From: Thermodesulfobacteriota bacterium
GTDB taxonomy: Bacteria > Desulfobacterota_D > UBA1144 > Nemesobacterales > JAJCZQ01
NCBI GenBank assembly: GCA_965203965.1
Contig: CBDBDR010000017.1
Span: 1,248,001 to 1,312,000 of the forward strand
DNA: 64,000 nt
Direction of reading: 5' to 3'
The notes below the pieces were generated by a model. The model searched no databases. It was not told where the DNA came from and saw only the letters and a list, made by a program, of their open reading frames with translations. The position numbers were made by a program, and so were the translations under genes. This document shows, one piece after another, positions 1 through 9,719 of the stretch. Every line of letters starts with the position of its first letter. Positions within the stretch are counted from its first letter, which is position 1.

Positions 1-1649
1 ACCCAGATTTTATTCGGGTCGTAAAAGAAAGTGTAGAAGAAGAGGGGCCAAGCATAGATAATCCCGTAAGACCTCCATCCCTGATCTGCAAATGACGGAT
101 CACTTGCGAGTTGCTCTCCGACCCACTGGTATTTAACTGCCCATTGAAATAGGAATTCAGGGATAATAAAGAAAAATATCCATTGGAAACTCAACAGACT
201 TATGTATCGCCATATTTGATACCTGTCTTTTCTGTCAAGACCCCATCGCTTCAAGGCTTGAATGCCAAATACGGTCATAAGTCCCGTATAAATTACCGTA
301 TACCAGAATGACCAAGGCCTGCCTGAAAATGAAAGAAGATCATATCCCCAGTTTTTATAGGGCCAGAATTCTTGTCCGTTACCTACTTTAACGCCGTAGA
401 TCGTATACCAGACCAGAAAAGAAATTCCCAGCCAAGAGTAACGATCACCACTAATGCCTGTTTTGATAAGGATCGCAAGAGGTATTGCTGCAACTGCAAG
501 CCCCATAAACTTTGGAACGTCACCCAGTTCATTTCCAAGAAATACTGCATGCCCACCAAACAACCATAACCCGAGCATCGTGAAGAACGTAAGAGTGATT
601 GATTGAAAAAAATTTCCGTTCCACTCGTTTTCCAGTTTAATTCCAATAGACTTTAAAAATCTCTTCGGAATGTCAGCACCTATCAATACGAATGCGTGGT
701 CGTAAGGTATGTTTACATTTTCCTCATGCCCCCCTTTATCAACGGACAGTGTGGTTTCAAATTCTCCAAATTCCCTTACATTGGAGTTTAATATCAACTC
801 TATCTTTCCTGATGCAATCTTTTCGTTAAGCAGTGTTTCGTTATCTTTAAATATTCTTGCAAACTCGCCCTTTCTATATGAAAGGTATACTTTGTTGCGT
901 TCACTGAGCGTTATTGCTGCTTCAATTGCGCTGTTACCGCCTCCAACTACCAAAATATTTTCTTCACTATAGTTTCCGGGGCTGTAAAGCTGGTGGTACA
1001 CCTTTTCTCTATCTTCTCCAGAGACATTAAGTTTTCTGGGATTTCCTCGCATTCCAGTTGCAAGGATTATTCGTCTGGCTTTATAGGTGGACTTCGGGGT
1101 TGTTATTTCAAATAAGTCTTTGTGCTTTTTGATATTTTCAAGTGGCTCAGACAACCGAACATCAATACTATTATCCTCAATTATTCCGTTCCACCTTCTG
1201 ACCAGATCTTCTTTCTGTGCACCGTCAAGCCAGAGTTTGCCTTTTGGTGGGATTTTATCAGGTTCGGCGTAGACCCATTTGCCCTCGGGAAAATTTTCTA
1301 TTGTGTTCGCTATCTTTCCCTTTTCAAGAATGATGCAGTTGAGGTTCAAGTCCTTAGCAGTTAAAGCGGCGTTCAATCCTGATGCACCGGCTCCGACGAT
1401 CAGAACATCATAAACGTCTGTGTCGTTTGTCTTTGCATCGGGCAGAGAAGCTATGTAGTTGACGACATTAAATCCCTGCTCCATTGCCATTTTTATCACG
1501 GGTGCTCCCGCGAGATCACCAATTATGTAAAGTCCGGGAATATTGCTTTCAAAGTTTTTGTTTATTTGTGGTCTTTGTCTATCACCTGTGCCAGAGCTCA
1601 ACACCGTCTCCACGCGGGTTTTCAAGAACTGTTTTATTGTATTTATCAT
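1..1649 (-). CDS. FAD/NAD(P)-dependent oxidoreductase (TrxB/YpdA-like) fused to a polytopic membrane domain; 3'-truncated by window edge
   Basis: Not in the ORF track because it has no stop in the window. My translation from ATG 1649 (GAGGA upstream) appears open to the edge: MINTIKQFLK...ESNIPGLYIIGDLAG...YDVLIVGAGASG...ILATG...ILVVGGGNSAIEAA...LIGAD, followed by Trp-rich hydrophobic helices. Confidence 0.85.
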   Translation of the reverse strand, partial: MINTIKQFLKTRVETVLSSGTGDRQRPQINKNFESNIPGLYIIGDLAGAPVIKMAMEQGFNVVNYIASLPDAKTNDTDVYDVLIVGAGASGLNAALTAKDLNLNCIILEKGKIANTIENFPEGKWVYAEPDKIPPKGKLWLDGAQKEDLVRRWNGIIEDNSIDVRLSEPLENIKKHKDLFEITTPKSTYKARRIILATGMRGNPRKLNVSGEDREKVYHQLYSPGNYSEENILVVGGGNSAIEAAITLSERNKVYLSYRKGEFARIFKDNETLLNEKIASGKIELILNSNVREFGEFETTLSVDKGGHEENVNIPYDHAFVLIGADIPKRFLKSIGIKLENEWNGNFFQSITLTFFTMLGLWLFGGHAVFLGNELGDVPKFMGLAVAAIPLAILIKTGISGDRYSWLGISFLVWYTIYGVKVGNGQEFWPYKNWGYDLLSFSGRPWSFWYTVIYTGLMTVFGIQALKRWGLDRKDRYQIWRYISLLSFQWIFFFIIPEFLFQWAVKYQWVGEQLASDPSFADQGWRSYGIIYAWPLFFYTFFYDPNKIW

Positions 1650-1658
1650 GGATATTCC

Positions 1659-2342
1659 TCAGTCAGTTTTTAATCTTTCAATCTCAGACTTTACAAGGGG
1701 ATCTAACATGCTACCACAGTTTGAGCAATTTGTAGCCGAAGGGTGATTTCCGTTTCCGCAGTGTTGACAAATAGTTGGTGCCAAAGTCAGGGGAATTTTT
1801 TTTAATCCTTCAGGCACCTTCTCCGGGGTGATTGATTGTTTGGTTATGATAAAAAGGTATCCAAATGCGTTAAGCAAGAATCCTGCAAAGAACCAAGGAA
1901 TTGGTTTGAACCCTTTTGTAACAGCCGTGTGAGAAGTTATTGCTGCAAATATCAAGCCAATGATAACGTAAATGCCCATAAAGAACCAGATCATTGAAAG
2001 TGCTTTGGTGTTTTTTGTATCTTCGGTAAATAATGCGCTTTTGGGCTGGAACTTTGAAAAATATTTTTCCTTATTGTCCAAAAATATATTCAGAGCTTCT
2101 TTTTTCATGGGAACCCTTCTTCCATCTACAAGAAGACATATATCGTCGGAACCCAAAGGTTTTCCTGAAACTATACAGTGGTCACCCGGGCGTACCTCTA
2201 CAATTGGGTAGTGTCGTTCAGCAAGGTCAGTGTTTTGGGAATAGGATAGTATGGGAAAAAAAACAAGATATATTGGAAAAAGGAATATAATTTTCCATTT
2301 CCAACGGTCTTTGCAATTGCAATGTAGAAAAGTAAATGGCAT
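1659..2342 (-). CDS. Membrane protein: signal-like N-terminus, CIVSGKPL periplasmic domain, 2 TM helices, C-terminal CxxC...CxxC zinc ribbon
   Basis: 227-aa ORF with CQHCGNGNHPSATNCSNCG; lies 9 bp upstream of the oxidoreductase on the same strand. Confidence 0.7.
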   Translation of the reverse strand: MPFTFLHCNCKDRWKWKIIFLFPIYLVFFPILSYSQNTDLAERHYPIVEVRPGDHCIVSGKPLGSDDICLLVDGRRVPMKKEALNIFLDNKEKYFSKFQPKSALFTEDTKNTKALSMIWFFMGIYVIIGLIFAAITSHTAVTKGFKPIPWFFAGFLLNAFGYLFIITKQSITPEKVPEGLKKIPLTLAPTICQHCGNGNHPSATNCSNCGSMLDPLVKSEIERLKTD

Positions 2343-2539
2343 TTATTGACTTATTCCCTTTACATTCTCTAACTATACCACGTATAGCAACTTTTTTACA
2401 CTCCCCGTTTTTAATAATTACAATGATGATATAAACTTACATAGTTTGAGAATTAAATATATTTCCGTCTAATTAGATTAACACTACCATTGATCATGTT
2501 GCCCATTTTGAACTTAAAATTTTTTTCAGGTCTAACCAA

Positions 2540-3550
2540 TTGACTGTTTTCACAATTGTTGCAATTATTCTATCGATTTTTCTTGCACTGAATGTTGGGG
2601 CTAATAACTCGGCCGCCTCGATGGCAACCTCATACGGAGCCGGGGTCAGGTCAAAAAGACAAGCTGTTATGCTCATTGCAATATTTGCATTGCTTGGAGC
2701 GGTAGTTGCAGGTGCTCCCGTAGTGCAGACTGTTGGCAAGGGAATAGTGTCGTCTAAAGTTTTGGAATCCAGTCCGGTTTTTGTCCTGTTTGTGCTTTTG
2801 ATCGCGATTATTTTCACCACGTGGGCGAACATTGCAAGAATTCCTATTGCCACGACCCATGCCATTGTCTGTGCACTTGTGGGTATTGGTATATATACAG
2901 ATTCTCTGAATACTGAGAAGTTTTTTTACATAGTTAAGTGGTGGATTTTATGTCCTTTGATAGCTTTTTTGGTGAATTTCTTTATAGCGAAATTCTTTTA
3001 TTTTAAAATAATCCACTACCTCGCAACAAACTTCCGTGAAATAAGGGTCAATACAATTCTGACGATCTTTTTAACAATATCAGGGGTATTTCTCGCCTTT
3101 TCAGCAGGCGCCAATAATTCTGCAAATGCTGTTGGTCCGTTGGTTTCGCTTGGTTTGCTTACATCTTCAAGTGGTGCGGTTTTGGCTGGTTTAGCTATGG
3201 GTGCAGGCGCTTTACTGATTGGTGGAAGAGTGCTTGAGACTGTCGGAAAGGAAATTACGGAGATATGTCTTACAAGGGCAATATCCGTGGAGTTCACAGG
3301 GGCAATTATAGTTCTTATTGCATCGTTTGCAGGTGTTCCCGTTTCCATAGCTGAGATCATAACCTCGGGTATAATAGGGTTTTCATGTGCACAACATGGT
3401 TTTGGAGCTACAGCCGGCAACAGGCACGTTTTAAGGATAGCTTTCTTCTGGTTGGTAATACCTTTTTTTGCCATTGCTTTAAGCTACGCATTATCCTCGT
3501 TATACTTTGATTATGGATTTGCCGAGGTAATGAAACTGGCAATCGAATAA
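2540..3550 (+). CDS. PiT-family anion permease (possibly CysP-like sulfate permease)
   Basis: Two PiT signature repeats (GANNSAASM, GANNSANAVG); highly hydrophobic; directly upstream of cysH. Confidence 0.85.
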   Translation: MTVFTIVAIILSIFLALNVGANNSAASMATSYGAGVRSKRQAVMLIAIFALLGAVVAGAPVVQTVGKGIVSSKVLESSPVFVLFVLLIAIIFTTWANIARIPIATTHAIVCALVGIGIYTDSLNTEKFFYIVKWWILCPLIAFLVNFFIAKFFYFKIIHYLATNFREIRVNTILTIFLTISGVFLAFSAGANNSANAVGPLVSLGLLTSSSGAVLAGLAMGAGALLIGGRVLETVGKEITEICLTRAISVEFTGAIIVLIASFAGVPVSIAEIITSGIIGFSCAQHGFGATAGNRHVLRIAFFWLVIPFFAIALSYALSSLYFDYGFAEVMKLAIE

Positions 3551-3571
3551 ATTTGGGTTGGAATAACGAAC

Positions 3572-4294
3572 ATGATAAGTGAAAAATACGTTGAATCTCT
3601 AAACGATAAGTTTTCAGACGGATCTCCAGAAGATATTTTAAGATGGTGCTTTGATGAGTTTCATCCTAATATTGCCCTTGCCACAAGTTTCCAGGCCCAG
3701 GGGATGGTGCTTATTGACATGTTTATGAATATCAGCAGAGAAGCAAGAATATTCACCATTGATACCGGCAGGCTTGATCAAGAAACTTATGATATTTTTG
3801 ATAAAATCAGGGCTAAATACAACAAAAATATAGAGGTGTTGTTCCCAGATCATAATGAAGTGCAAAAAATGGTTAGCGAGAAAGGGATGAATCTTTTCTA
3901 TGAGAGTGTTGAAAACAGGATGCTGTGTTGTGGTATCAGAAAAAGCAATCCACTTGACAAGTATCTCAAAACACTTGACGGATGGATAACTGCAATTAGG
4001 AATGAGCAGTCGGATTTAAGATCAGATATCAGAAAATTTGAAATAGACACCCTGCACGGGGGGATATTGAAAGTCAACCCTGTAGTGGATTGGACGTGGG
4101 AGATGGTGTGGGATTACATTACGGCTAACAAAGTTCCATATAACGAGCTCTATGACAAAAATTACATGAGTATCGGGTGTGAACCGTGTACGAGGGCAGT
4201 AAGAGAAGGATCAACTCACCGTTCAGGCAGGTGGTGGTGGGAGTCTGATTCCCATAAGGAATGTGGTATTCACTTTAATTATAGTTCAAGGTAA
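3572..4294 (+). CDS. cysH: Adenylyl-sulfate (APS)/PAPS reductase, [4Fe-4S] type
   Basis: IDTGRL, CCGIRK, SIGCEPCT, RSGRWWWE and C-terminal ECGIH motifs. Confidence 0.93.
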   Translation: MISEKYVESLNDKFSDGSPEDILRWCFDEFHPNIALATSFQAQGMVLIDMFMNISREARIFTIDTGRLDQETYDIFDKIRAKYNKNIEVLFPDHNEVQKMVSEKGMNLFYESVENRMLCCGIRKSNPLDKYLKTLDGWITAIRNEQSDLRSDIRKFEIDTLHGGILKVNPVVDWTWEMVWDYITANKVPYNELYDKNYMSIGCEPCTRAVREGSTHRSGRWWWESDSHKECGIHFNYSSR

Positions 4295-4333
4295 CCTCAT
4301 GCGGTTTAAATTAACTTCTTCTGGGATTAATAA

Positions 4334-4933
4334 ATGTTCTTAAAATCCAAATTATTGTTGTTTCTCACTATGTTTTTTGTTTGTGCCTTTGTAGTTTTTT
4401 CCTATTTTATTTTCCGTGCAGAAAAAAGGGAGCTTTTTACGGGCAATTACTATAATGAAAGAGTTATTCAGGATTTTGATCTCACCGGTCATAACGGAAA
4501 AAGAGTAAGATTGTCCCAGTTTAGGGATAAACTGATACTTTTAAGTTTTGGTTATACAAGCTGTCCTGATATTTGTCCTGCCACTTTATCTAAACTCAAA
4601 AACGTATATAACAGTCTTGGGAGTAATCATGATGATTTACAGGTTTTATTTATTTCCATTGATCCCGAAAGAGACAATGCAGATAAGCTCAAAGACTACG
4701 TTCCTTTCTTTCACAATGATTTTATAGGACTCACGGGCACTGTAGAAGAATTAAAAAGAGTTGCTGATATATTCAAAGTTGCATATTTCAAAGAAGATGA
4801 GCATGAAACCGATTATTTGATGAGTCATCCCACGTCCATATACTTGATTAACAGGAATAATAAGTTAATTTTGAAGTATCCTCACAGTTCAACCCCTAAA
4901 TCTATGGTTCAGGATATTAAAAAAATTCTTTAG
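4334..4933 (+). CDS. SCO1/SenC copper chaperone
   Basis: FGYTSCPDICP (CxxxC), SIDPERD, conserved His, N-terminal membrane anchor. Confidence 0.93.
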   Translation: MFLKSKLLLFLTMFFVCAFVVFSYFIFRAEKRELFTGNYYNERVIQDFDLTGHNGKRVRLSQFRDKLILLSFGYTSCPDICPATLSKLKNVYNSLGSNHDDLQVLFISIDPERDNADKLKDYVPFFHNDFIGLTGTVEELKRVADIFKVAYFKEDEHETDYLMSHPTSIYLINRNNKLILKYPHSSTPKSMVQDIKKIL

Positions 4934-4948
4934 GCAATTACCGATACT

Positions 4949-5365
4949 ATGAAATACCTGTTCTTACTTTTGCTTGCGACGTCATGTAATACTGGGGGGA
5001 GTTCTTCAATTGAGATTAGCAATGTATGGATAATGGAACCAGTTCCAAACTCAAATGTGACGGCGGCCTATTTTGAAGTTAAGAACCGAGGAAGTCAGGA
5101 CTCAATAGTATCGATTAACTCTCCGATTGCCGGCCGGTCAGAGATACATAGCACCATCATTGATAGCAGTGGGAATGCTACAATGTCCAGACTTGACGAG
5201 GTCAATTTGTCAAAAAATGACTTGTTAAAATTTTCGCCTGGTGGAATGCATTTAATGCTTATTGATTTGAACAGAAAAATCAAGGTGGGTGAAGAATACG
5301 AAATTAATTTGAAGTTTAAGCACTCAGGTAGTAAAAAAGTGATTGCTAGAGTGAAAAGCTACTAA
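4949..5365 (+). CDS. Periplasmic copper chaperone PCu(A)C, probable lipoprotein
   Basis: TAAYF, EIH...M, PGGMHLML motifs; lipobox-like LATSC. Confidence 0.9.
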   Translation: MKYLFLLLLATSCNTGGSSSIEISNVWIMEPVPNSNVTAAYFEVKNRGSQDSIVSINSPIAGRSEIHSTIIDSSGNATMSRLDEVNLSKNDLLKFSPGGMHLMLIDLNRKIKVGEEYEINLKFKHSGSKKVIARVKSY

Positions 5366-5367
5366 TT

Positions 5368-6177
5368 CTATTTATCACCGTTTCTAAAGTTTGACAGTTG
5401 GGATAGCGTCTGCAGGTTTAACTGTCCCTTATAAAATCGTCTGCCAATCTCCCACGTTGGATATGAAGTTATATTTTTTGCAGAGCATAAGGAAGGATTT
5501 GGATTTTTTCCGCGAGGGTGGCATTCCACGTAGTTTATATGCTTGAAAGCCTGTTTACCAAAAGCAAGTTTTTGATTTGTACAATGGGAGCAATTATAAG
5601 CTCCATACATTACCGCTCCAGTATCATTCAGGTGTTTTGCCAGTTTTATTTGAAATCTGTTTGATCTGGTTGAATGTTGTTCTGAGGAGTTTATTACACT
5701 TGCACCAATCATAACGCCAGCGGATAATACAATCGCTAGGGTAGCCATATTCAACGAGGATGTCTTTGGTGCCATACTGGTCTTCTTAAAGAGCAGAGTT
5801 GTAAAAATTATCAGGATAATTACCAGTGAAGCTATGCAGAAGGCACATATTGTATTTATCTCAAAAATTTCCAAGTATGTAAGATACAAGGAGAAAGAAA
5901 CTCCGATTGTAGACAATACAAAAAGGTAGTTCCACTTTTTTCTGCTCGTGGTTGGTAGAAACGATACTATCAAGATTGATAGATAACCAATTGTACCAAC
6001 TAACGATACGGGAATTCCCAATATTTCTGCATAGGTGCTGTTGTTGACAATATCGCATTCACTGCCAGTGAGACAGTAGCTGATACCTGTTCCGCTTAAA
6101 GTTGAAAGGAAAAGGTATGCAGATATTAAAAGCCCGACGAATGCGGTAGCCCCAATTAAGATAAGATGTTTTCTCAT
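5368..6177 (-). CDS. Vitamin K epoxide reductase (VKOR) fused to a thioredoxin-like domain
   Basis: Loop cysteines CLTGSEC, VNNSTYA, membrane CAFC, then MYGAYNCSHC...YVEC...YPTWEI. Confidence 0.92.
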   Translation of the reverse strand: MRKHLILIGATAFVGLLISAYLFLSTLSGTGISYCLTGSECDIVNNSTYAEILGIPVSLVGTIGYLSILIVSFLPTTSRKKWNYLFVLSTIGVSFSLYLTYLEIFEINTICAFCIASLVIILIIFTTLLFKKTSMAPKTSSLNMATLAIVLSAGVMIGASVINSSEQHSTRSNRFQIKLAKHLNDTGAVMYGAYNCSHCTNQKLAFGKQAFKHINYVECHPRGKNPNPSLCSAKNITSYPTWEIGRRFYKGQLNLQTLSQLSNFRNGDK

Positions 6178-6478
6178 GTTGTGAACTTCTCAACGATTAC
6201 GGTTACATTATAGACGTAAAAAATCTAACATATATTTATTTTATGCGTTAGTAGGTGTATTATTCTCCTATCAGGAAATTGTTTGCGAGGGTTAATTACT
6301 CTTATGGATTGAAGTTAAGGAATTAATTGGTGTGATTTTCGCAATTATTTCTGTCTTTCTTATTGAGAAGTAGTTTTTAACATAAAAATTACGTTGAGTT
6401 GAGATAAAATTAACAAATTATGGTATAGTTCAGAGTGTAATGTTTAAAATAATACAAATAGTCAAAGGAAAGTAAGCT

Positions 6479-7111
6479 ATGTCAATTAACAAAAACGTGA
6501 AAGTTGATTATGCAGTTGAAATACCCCAAACTTTCTGGGACCATATTGCACGTTATATATCAATTATATTTTTACCACCTCTGACACTCCTATACGCTTT
6601 AGTGATAGTTGCTCCTTTTCTAGATGTTTCTTCAAAGTGGTCTTGGTCAGGACTATTTGTACTTTTGTTTATGGCACTGCCTATTTTGTTTGTATATACA
6701 CTCATGAAAAAAGGGGTAATAAAGGATCTCTACATAAAAAATAGAAAGGAGAGATTGAAACCTGCTTTAGTGGTGATGTTAAATACTTTGTTTGGAATAT
6801 CTATTTTGCATATTTTAGAAGGTCCAAAGTTACATATCATTATAAGTTTTTGCGGTCTCTTAGCTGGCATGCTTATATTGCTTGTAACCCTATACTGGAA
6901 AATCAGCATTCACAGTTCTGCGGTGAGTGGGTTGTTTTTTCCAACAGTATCCCATTTAAGCGAATTGGCCGTGCCTTGTGCATTATTGATAGCATTAGTT
7001 GCTTGGTCACGGATTCACCTCGACCATCACACAATGTTGCAGACCTTTGCCGGCATATTTGTAGGGGTTCTGTCCTTTGGTGTTCCCTTTTACCTTATGG
7101 GACTAGTCTGA
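6479..7111 (+). CDS. PAP2-like membrane protein
   Basis: Hydrophobic; WKISIH and AWSRIHLDHHTMLQ phosphatase-like motifs. Confidence 0.7.
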   Translation: MSINKNVKVDYAVEIPQTFWDHIARYISIIFLPPLTLLYALVIVAPFLDVSSKWSWSGLFVLLFMALPILFVYTLMKKGVIKDLYIKNRKERLKPALVVMLNTLFGISILHILEGPKLHIIISFCGLLAGMLILLVTLYWKISIHSSAVSGLFFPTVSHLSELAVPCALLIALVAWSRIHLDHHTMLQTFAGIFVGVLSFGVPFYLMGLV

Positions 7112-7132
7112 GTTAATCGTAATTATTGTTGT

Positions 7133-8212
7133 TCAAGTAAAGACCTGATTCTCATGCTTTTCAGATTGAGTTAGAAGTGGTTTGGTGTATTGGGGTGAAT
7201 TGTTGTCATAGCTTTTAAATGAATTGCTTTCCATGATCATTTCAATGATGTGGGGTATATTGTTTTCATAGTTTAACTTGTTTGCAAAATCAGAATTTAT
7301 CCAGTTTTCAAGTTTAGATTCAAAATCATCCTCCATTGAAGTTATTATTTCTACACCGAGTCTTTTTAATGCTGCTGCATTGCACTCCTGTTCGTATTGT
7401 CCCTTCATGGGTATTGAAAGTATTTTCTTACCAAGGAACAAGGCTTCTGAAGGAGTTTCAAAACCAGAATTGCAAAGTATGCCTTCGCACGTGGATAAAC
7501 TTTCTATAAACCTTTCGTTGTTGATAGGGTGTATTTCAATGTTTCCACTAATTTTAGTAGTTCCTTTATAGTATTTTGAGAAAACTTCCCATTTGATGTC
7601 TATGTTCTTGAGTCTTTTTGTAAGATATTTTTCATCAAACGAAGGTAAATACACAGTATAATGACCTTTGTTTTTTACATCAGCATTCCTTACTTCTTCT
7701 CTTATTATGGGTGTTTCTATAAAGCTGTCGTATTTTTCATAATGGAGACCTATTGGAATGGATATGGGGGAATACCATTTCATTATAAATTCAGCCAGAT
7801 GATTTACCTTTTCGGGCCTTGGAGTTTTATTGGACATAAAAGCAGTTTGGTGGGAAAGAGATATGTATTTTTTCCTTTTTCTTTTGCATGCCCAAGACGT
7901 AATAGGTTCAAAGTCACTTATTACAACTTCATAATTTTCAACTGGTAGTTCCTGTATATCGAATAACAATTTACCAAGCCTTACTTTTTTTATGGTCTTG
8001 TAATAGTCAATTCCACCTTTTTTGCCAAATACAAATCCCAGGCCGCCGAGCTTATATTTTGTCTGAAATCCAACATTAACCTCGTGTTGTCTTTCACTTA
8101 CAAGAATGTCAACTTCAGCTTTTCTTATCAAGTGTTTCAGTATCTCTTTTGACCTACTGATGTGTCCATTACCTGTTCCTTGGATAGCATAGAGTATTTT
8201 CATCTTGGCCAT
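7133..8212 (-). CDS. GT-B glycosyltransferase (MJ1255/VC2487-like)
   Basis: MKILYAIQGTGNGHISR, ISDFEP, GFETPSEA, PMKGQYEQ motifs. Confidence 0.88.
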   Translation of the reverse strand: MAKMKILYAIQGTGNGHISRSKEILKHLIRKAEVDILVSERQHEVNVGFQTKYKLGGLGFVFGKKGGIDYYKTIKKVRLGKLLFDIQELPVENYEVVISDFEPITSWACKRKRKKYISLSHQTAFMSNKTPRPEKVNHLAEFIMKWYSPISIPIGLHYEKYDSFIETPIIREEVRNADVKNKGHYTVYLPSFDEKYLTKRLKNIDIKWEVFSKYYKGTTKISGNIEIHPINNERFIESLSTCEGILCNSGFETPSEALFLGKKILSIPMKGQYEQECNAAALKRLGVEIITSMEDDFESKLENWINSDFANKLNYENNIPHIIEMIMESNSFKSYDNNSPQYTKPLLTQSEKHENQVFT

Positions 8213-8253
8213 ATTGAAAGGATATATGAAATTCGTAATTTTTCATTATTTTC

Positions 8254-8271
8254 CTGTTAATACACTGTTAA
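8254..8271 (-). promoter_or_regulatory. Putative Pho box upstream of the glycosyltransferase
   Basis: CTGTTAA at 8254 and 8265 (11-bp spacing), reading TTAACAG on the coding strand. Confidence 0.5.
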
Positions 8272-8531
8272 ATAGTTCTAACGTCCAAAACACATTCAAC
8301 ATTTATCCAACATAATAAAACAGTGGTCAATTATGCTTGAGATAAAAATTTTAAGCTAAATTGCATGCGACCCTGAGAAAACTGAAAAGGATATTTGCAA
8401 AAGAGCGTACGAGGAGATTGCTGCTTCTTATAGGTCTTGAAATAGCATATAAGGGCGTCTTTGTCTTGCTGAATAAGCCTATTTAAGTTAGTATAAAAAA
8501 CTAAAAATTTATTTTCCAGTATGGAGATTTT

Positions 8532-9698
8532 ATGAATATCAAATGGGCAAAAAGAATAGAGGATTTACCGCCTTACTTGTTTGCGGAAATAGATAAAAAG
8601 AAAAACCAGATGATTGAAAAGGGGGTTGATGTTATTGACCTTGGTGTTGGCGATCCGGATATTCCCACTCCCAATTATATTATTGATGCTTTAAAGAAAG
8701 CAGCCGGAGACCCCACTAATCACACTTATCCGTCTTATGTAGGAATGAGGACTTTTCGTGAAGCTGCATCCAACTGGTATAAAAAAAGATTTAATGTTGC
8801 ACTTGATTCCGATGAAGAGGTTATTGCTCTAATAGGTTCTAAAGAAGGGATTGCACACGCCCCACTGGCTTTTCTTGATCCAGGTGATGTTGCATTGATA
8901 CCTGACCCGGGCTACCCGGTTTACCCTGTGGCGACGACCTTTGCAGGTGGAGTACCTTATTCTATGCCATTGTTGAAAGAAAATGCCTTTCTTCCAGATC
9001 TTGACTCAATTCCTCAGGATGTGGCAGACAAGGCAAAACTTATGTTTTTGAACTATCCCAATAATCCCACAACTGCCGTTGCTGATAAGGGGTTCTTTAA
9101 AGCAGTGATTGAATTTGCTTCAAAAAACAATATTCTCGTTTGCCATGATGCTGCTTATACCGAGATTGCATTTGATGGTTATGTTCCTCCAAGTTTTCTG
9201 GAAGTGGATGGTGCAATGGATGTATGCTTGGAGTTTCACTCACTTTCAAAAACGTTTAGTATGACGGGTTGGAGAATTGCTTTTGCTGCTGGAAATAACA
9301 AGGCTGTTTCTGGACTTGGAAAAATAAAAACCAACATTGACTCTGGTGTGTTTCAGGCAGTTCAAGTCGCGGGAATTGAGGCATTGAACAACTATGAAAT
9401 TGGTCTTGAAGATAGGAAAAACATTTACAAGGAAAGAATAGATCTTTTCTGTAAAGGATTGGATGACGCTGGTTTGAATTACAGCAAGCCTAAAGCAACT
9501 TTTTATGTTTGGTTTGATGTGCCATTGGGTTTTACTTCATCCGGATTTGCTTCCAAGCTGTTGGAAGATGCCGGTATTGTTGTTACCCCAGGAAATGGAT
9601 TTGGTGATTCAGGTGAAGGTTATGCAAGGGTTTCGGTAACTTTTGATACTGAAAGAGTAGCAAGCGCGGTGGAGCGTATAGGGAATTTCAAAATTTAA
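8532..9698 (+). CDS. dapL: LL-diaminopimelate aminotransferase (class I PLP)
   Basis: LPPYLFAEID, DLGVGDPD, GSKEGIAH, NYPNNPT, EFHSLSKTFSMTGWR. Confidence 0.8.
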   Translation: MNIKWAKRIEDLPPYLFAEIDKKKNQMIEKGVDVIDLGVGDPDIPTPNYIIDALKKAAGDPTNHTYPSYVGMRTFREAASNWYKKRFNVALDSDEEVIALIGSKEGIAHAPLAFLDPGDVALIPDPGYPVYPVATTFAGGVPYSMPLLKENAFLPDLDSIPQDVADKAKLMFLNYPNNPTTAVADKGFFKAVIEFASKNNILVCHDAAYTEIAFDGYVPPSFLEVDGAMDVCLEFHSLSKTFSMTGWRIAFAAGNNKAVSGLGKIKTNIDSGVFQAVQVAGIEALNNYEIGLEDRKNIYKERIDLFCKGLDDAGLNYSKPKATFYVWFDVPLGFTSSGFASKLLEDAGIVVTPGNGFGDSGEGYARVSVTFDTERVASAVERIGNFKI

Positions 9699-9719
9699 TG
9701 AAACAATGGGTCTTGTCGA

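Noticed and set aside
7123..7155. MRIRSLLEQQ mini-ORF as a plcP remnant after the glycosyltransferase
   Set aside because: Only 10 codons and no SDxHLG motif; indistinguishable from chance.
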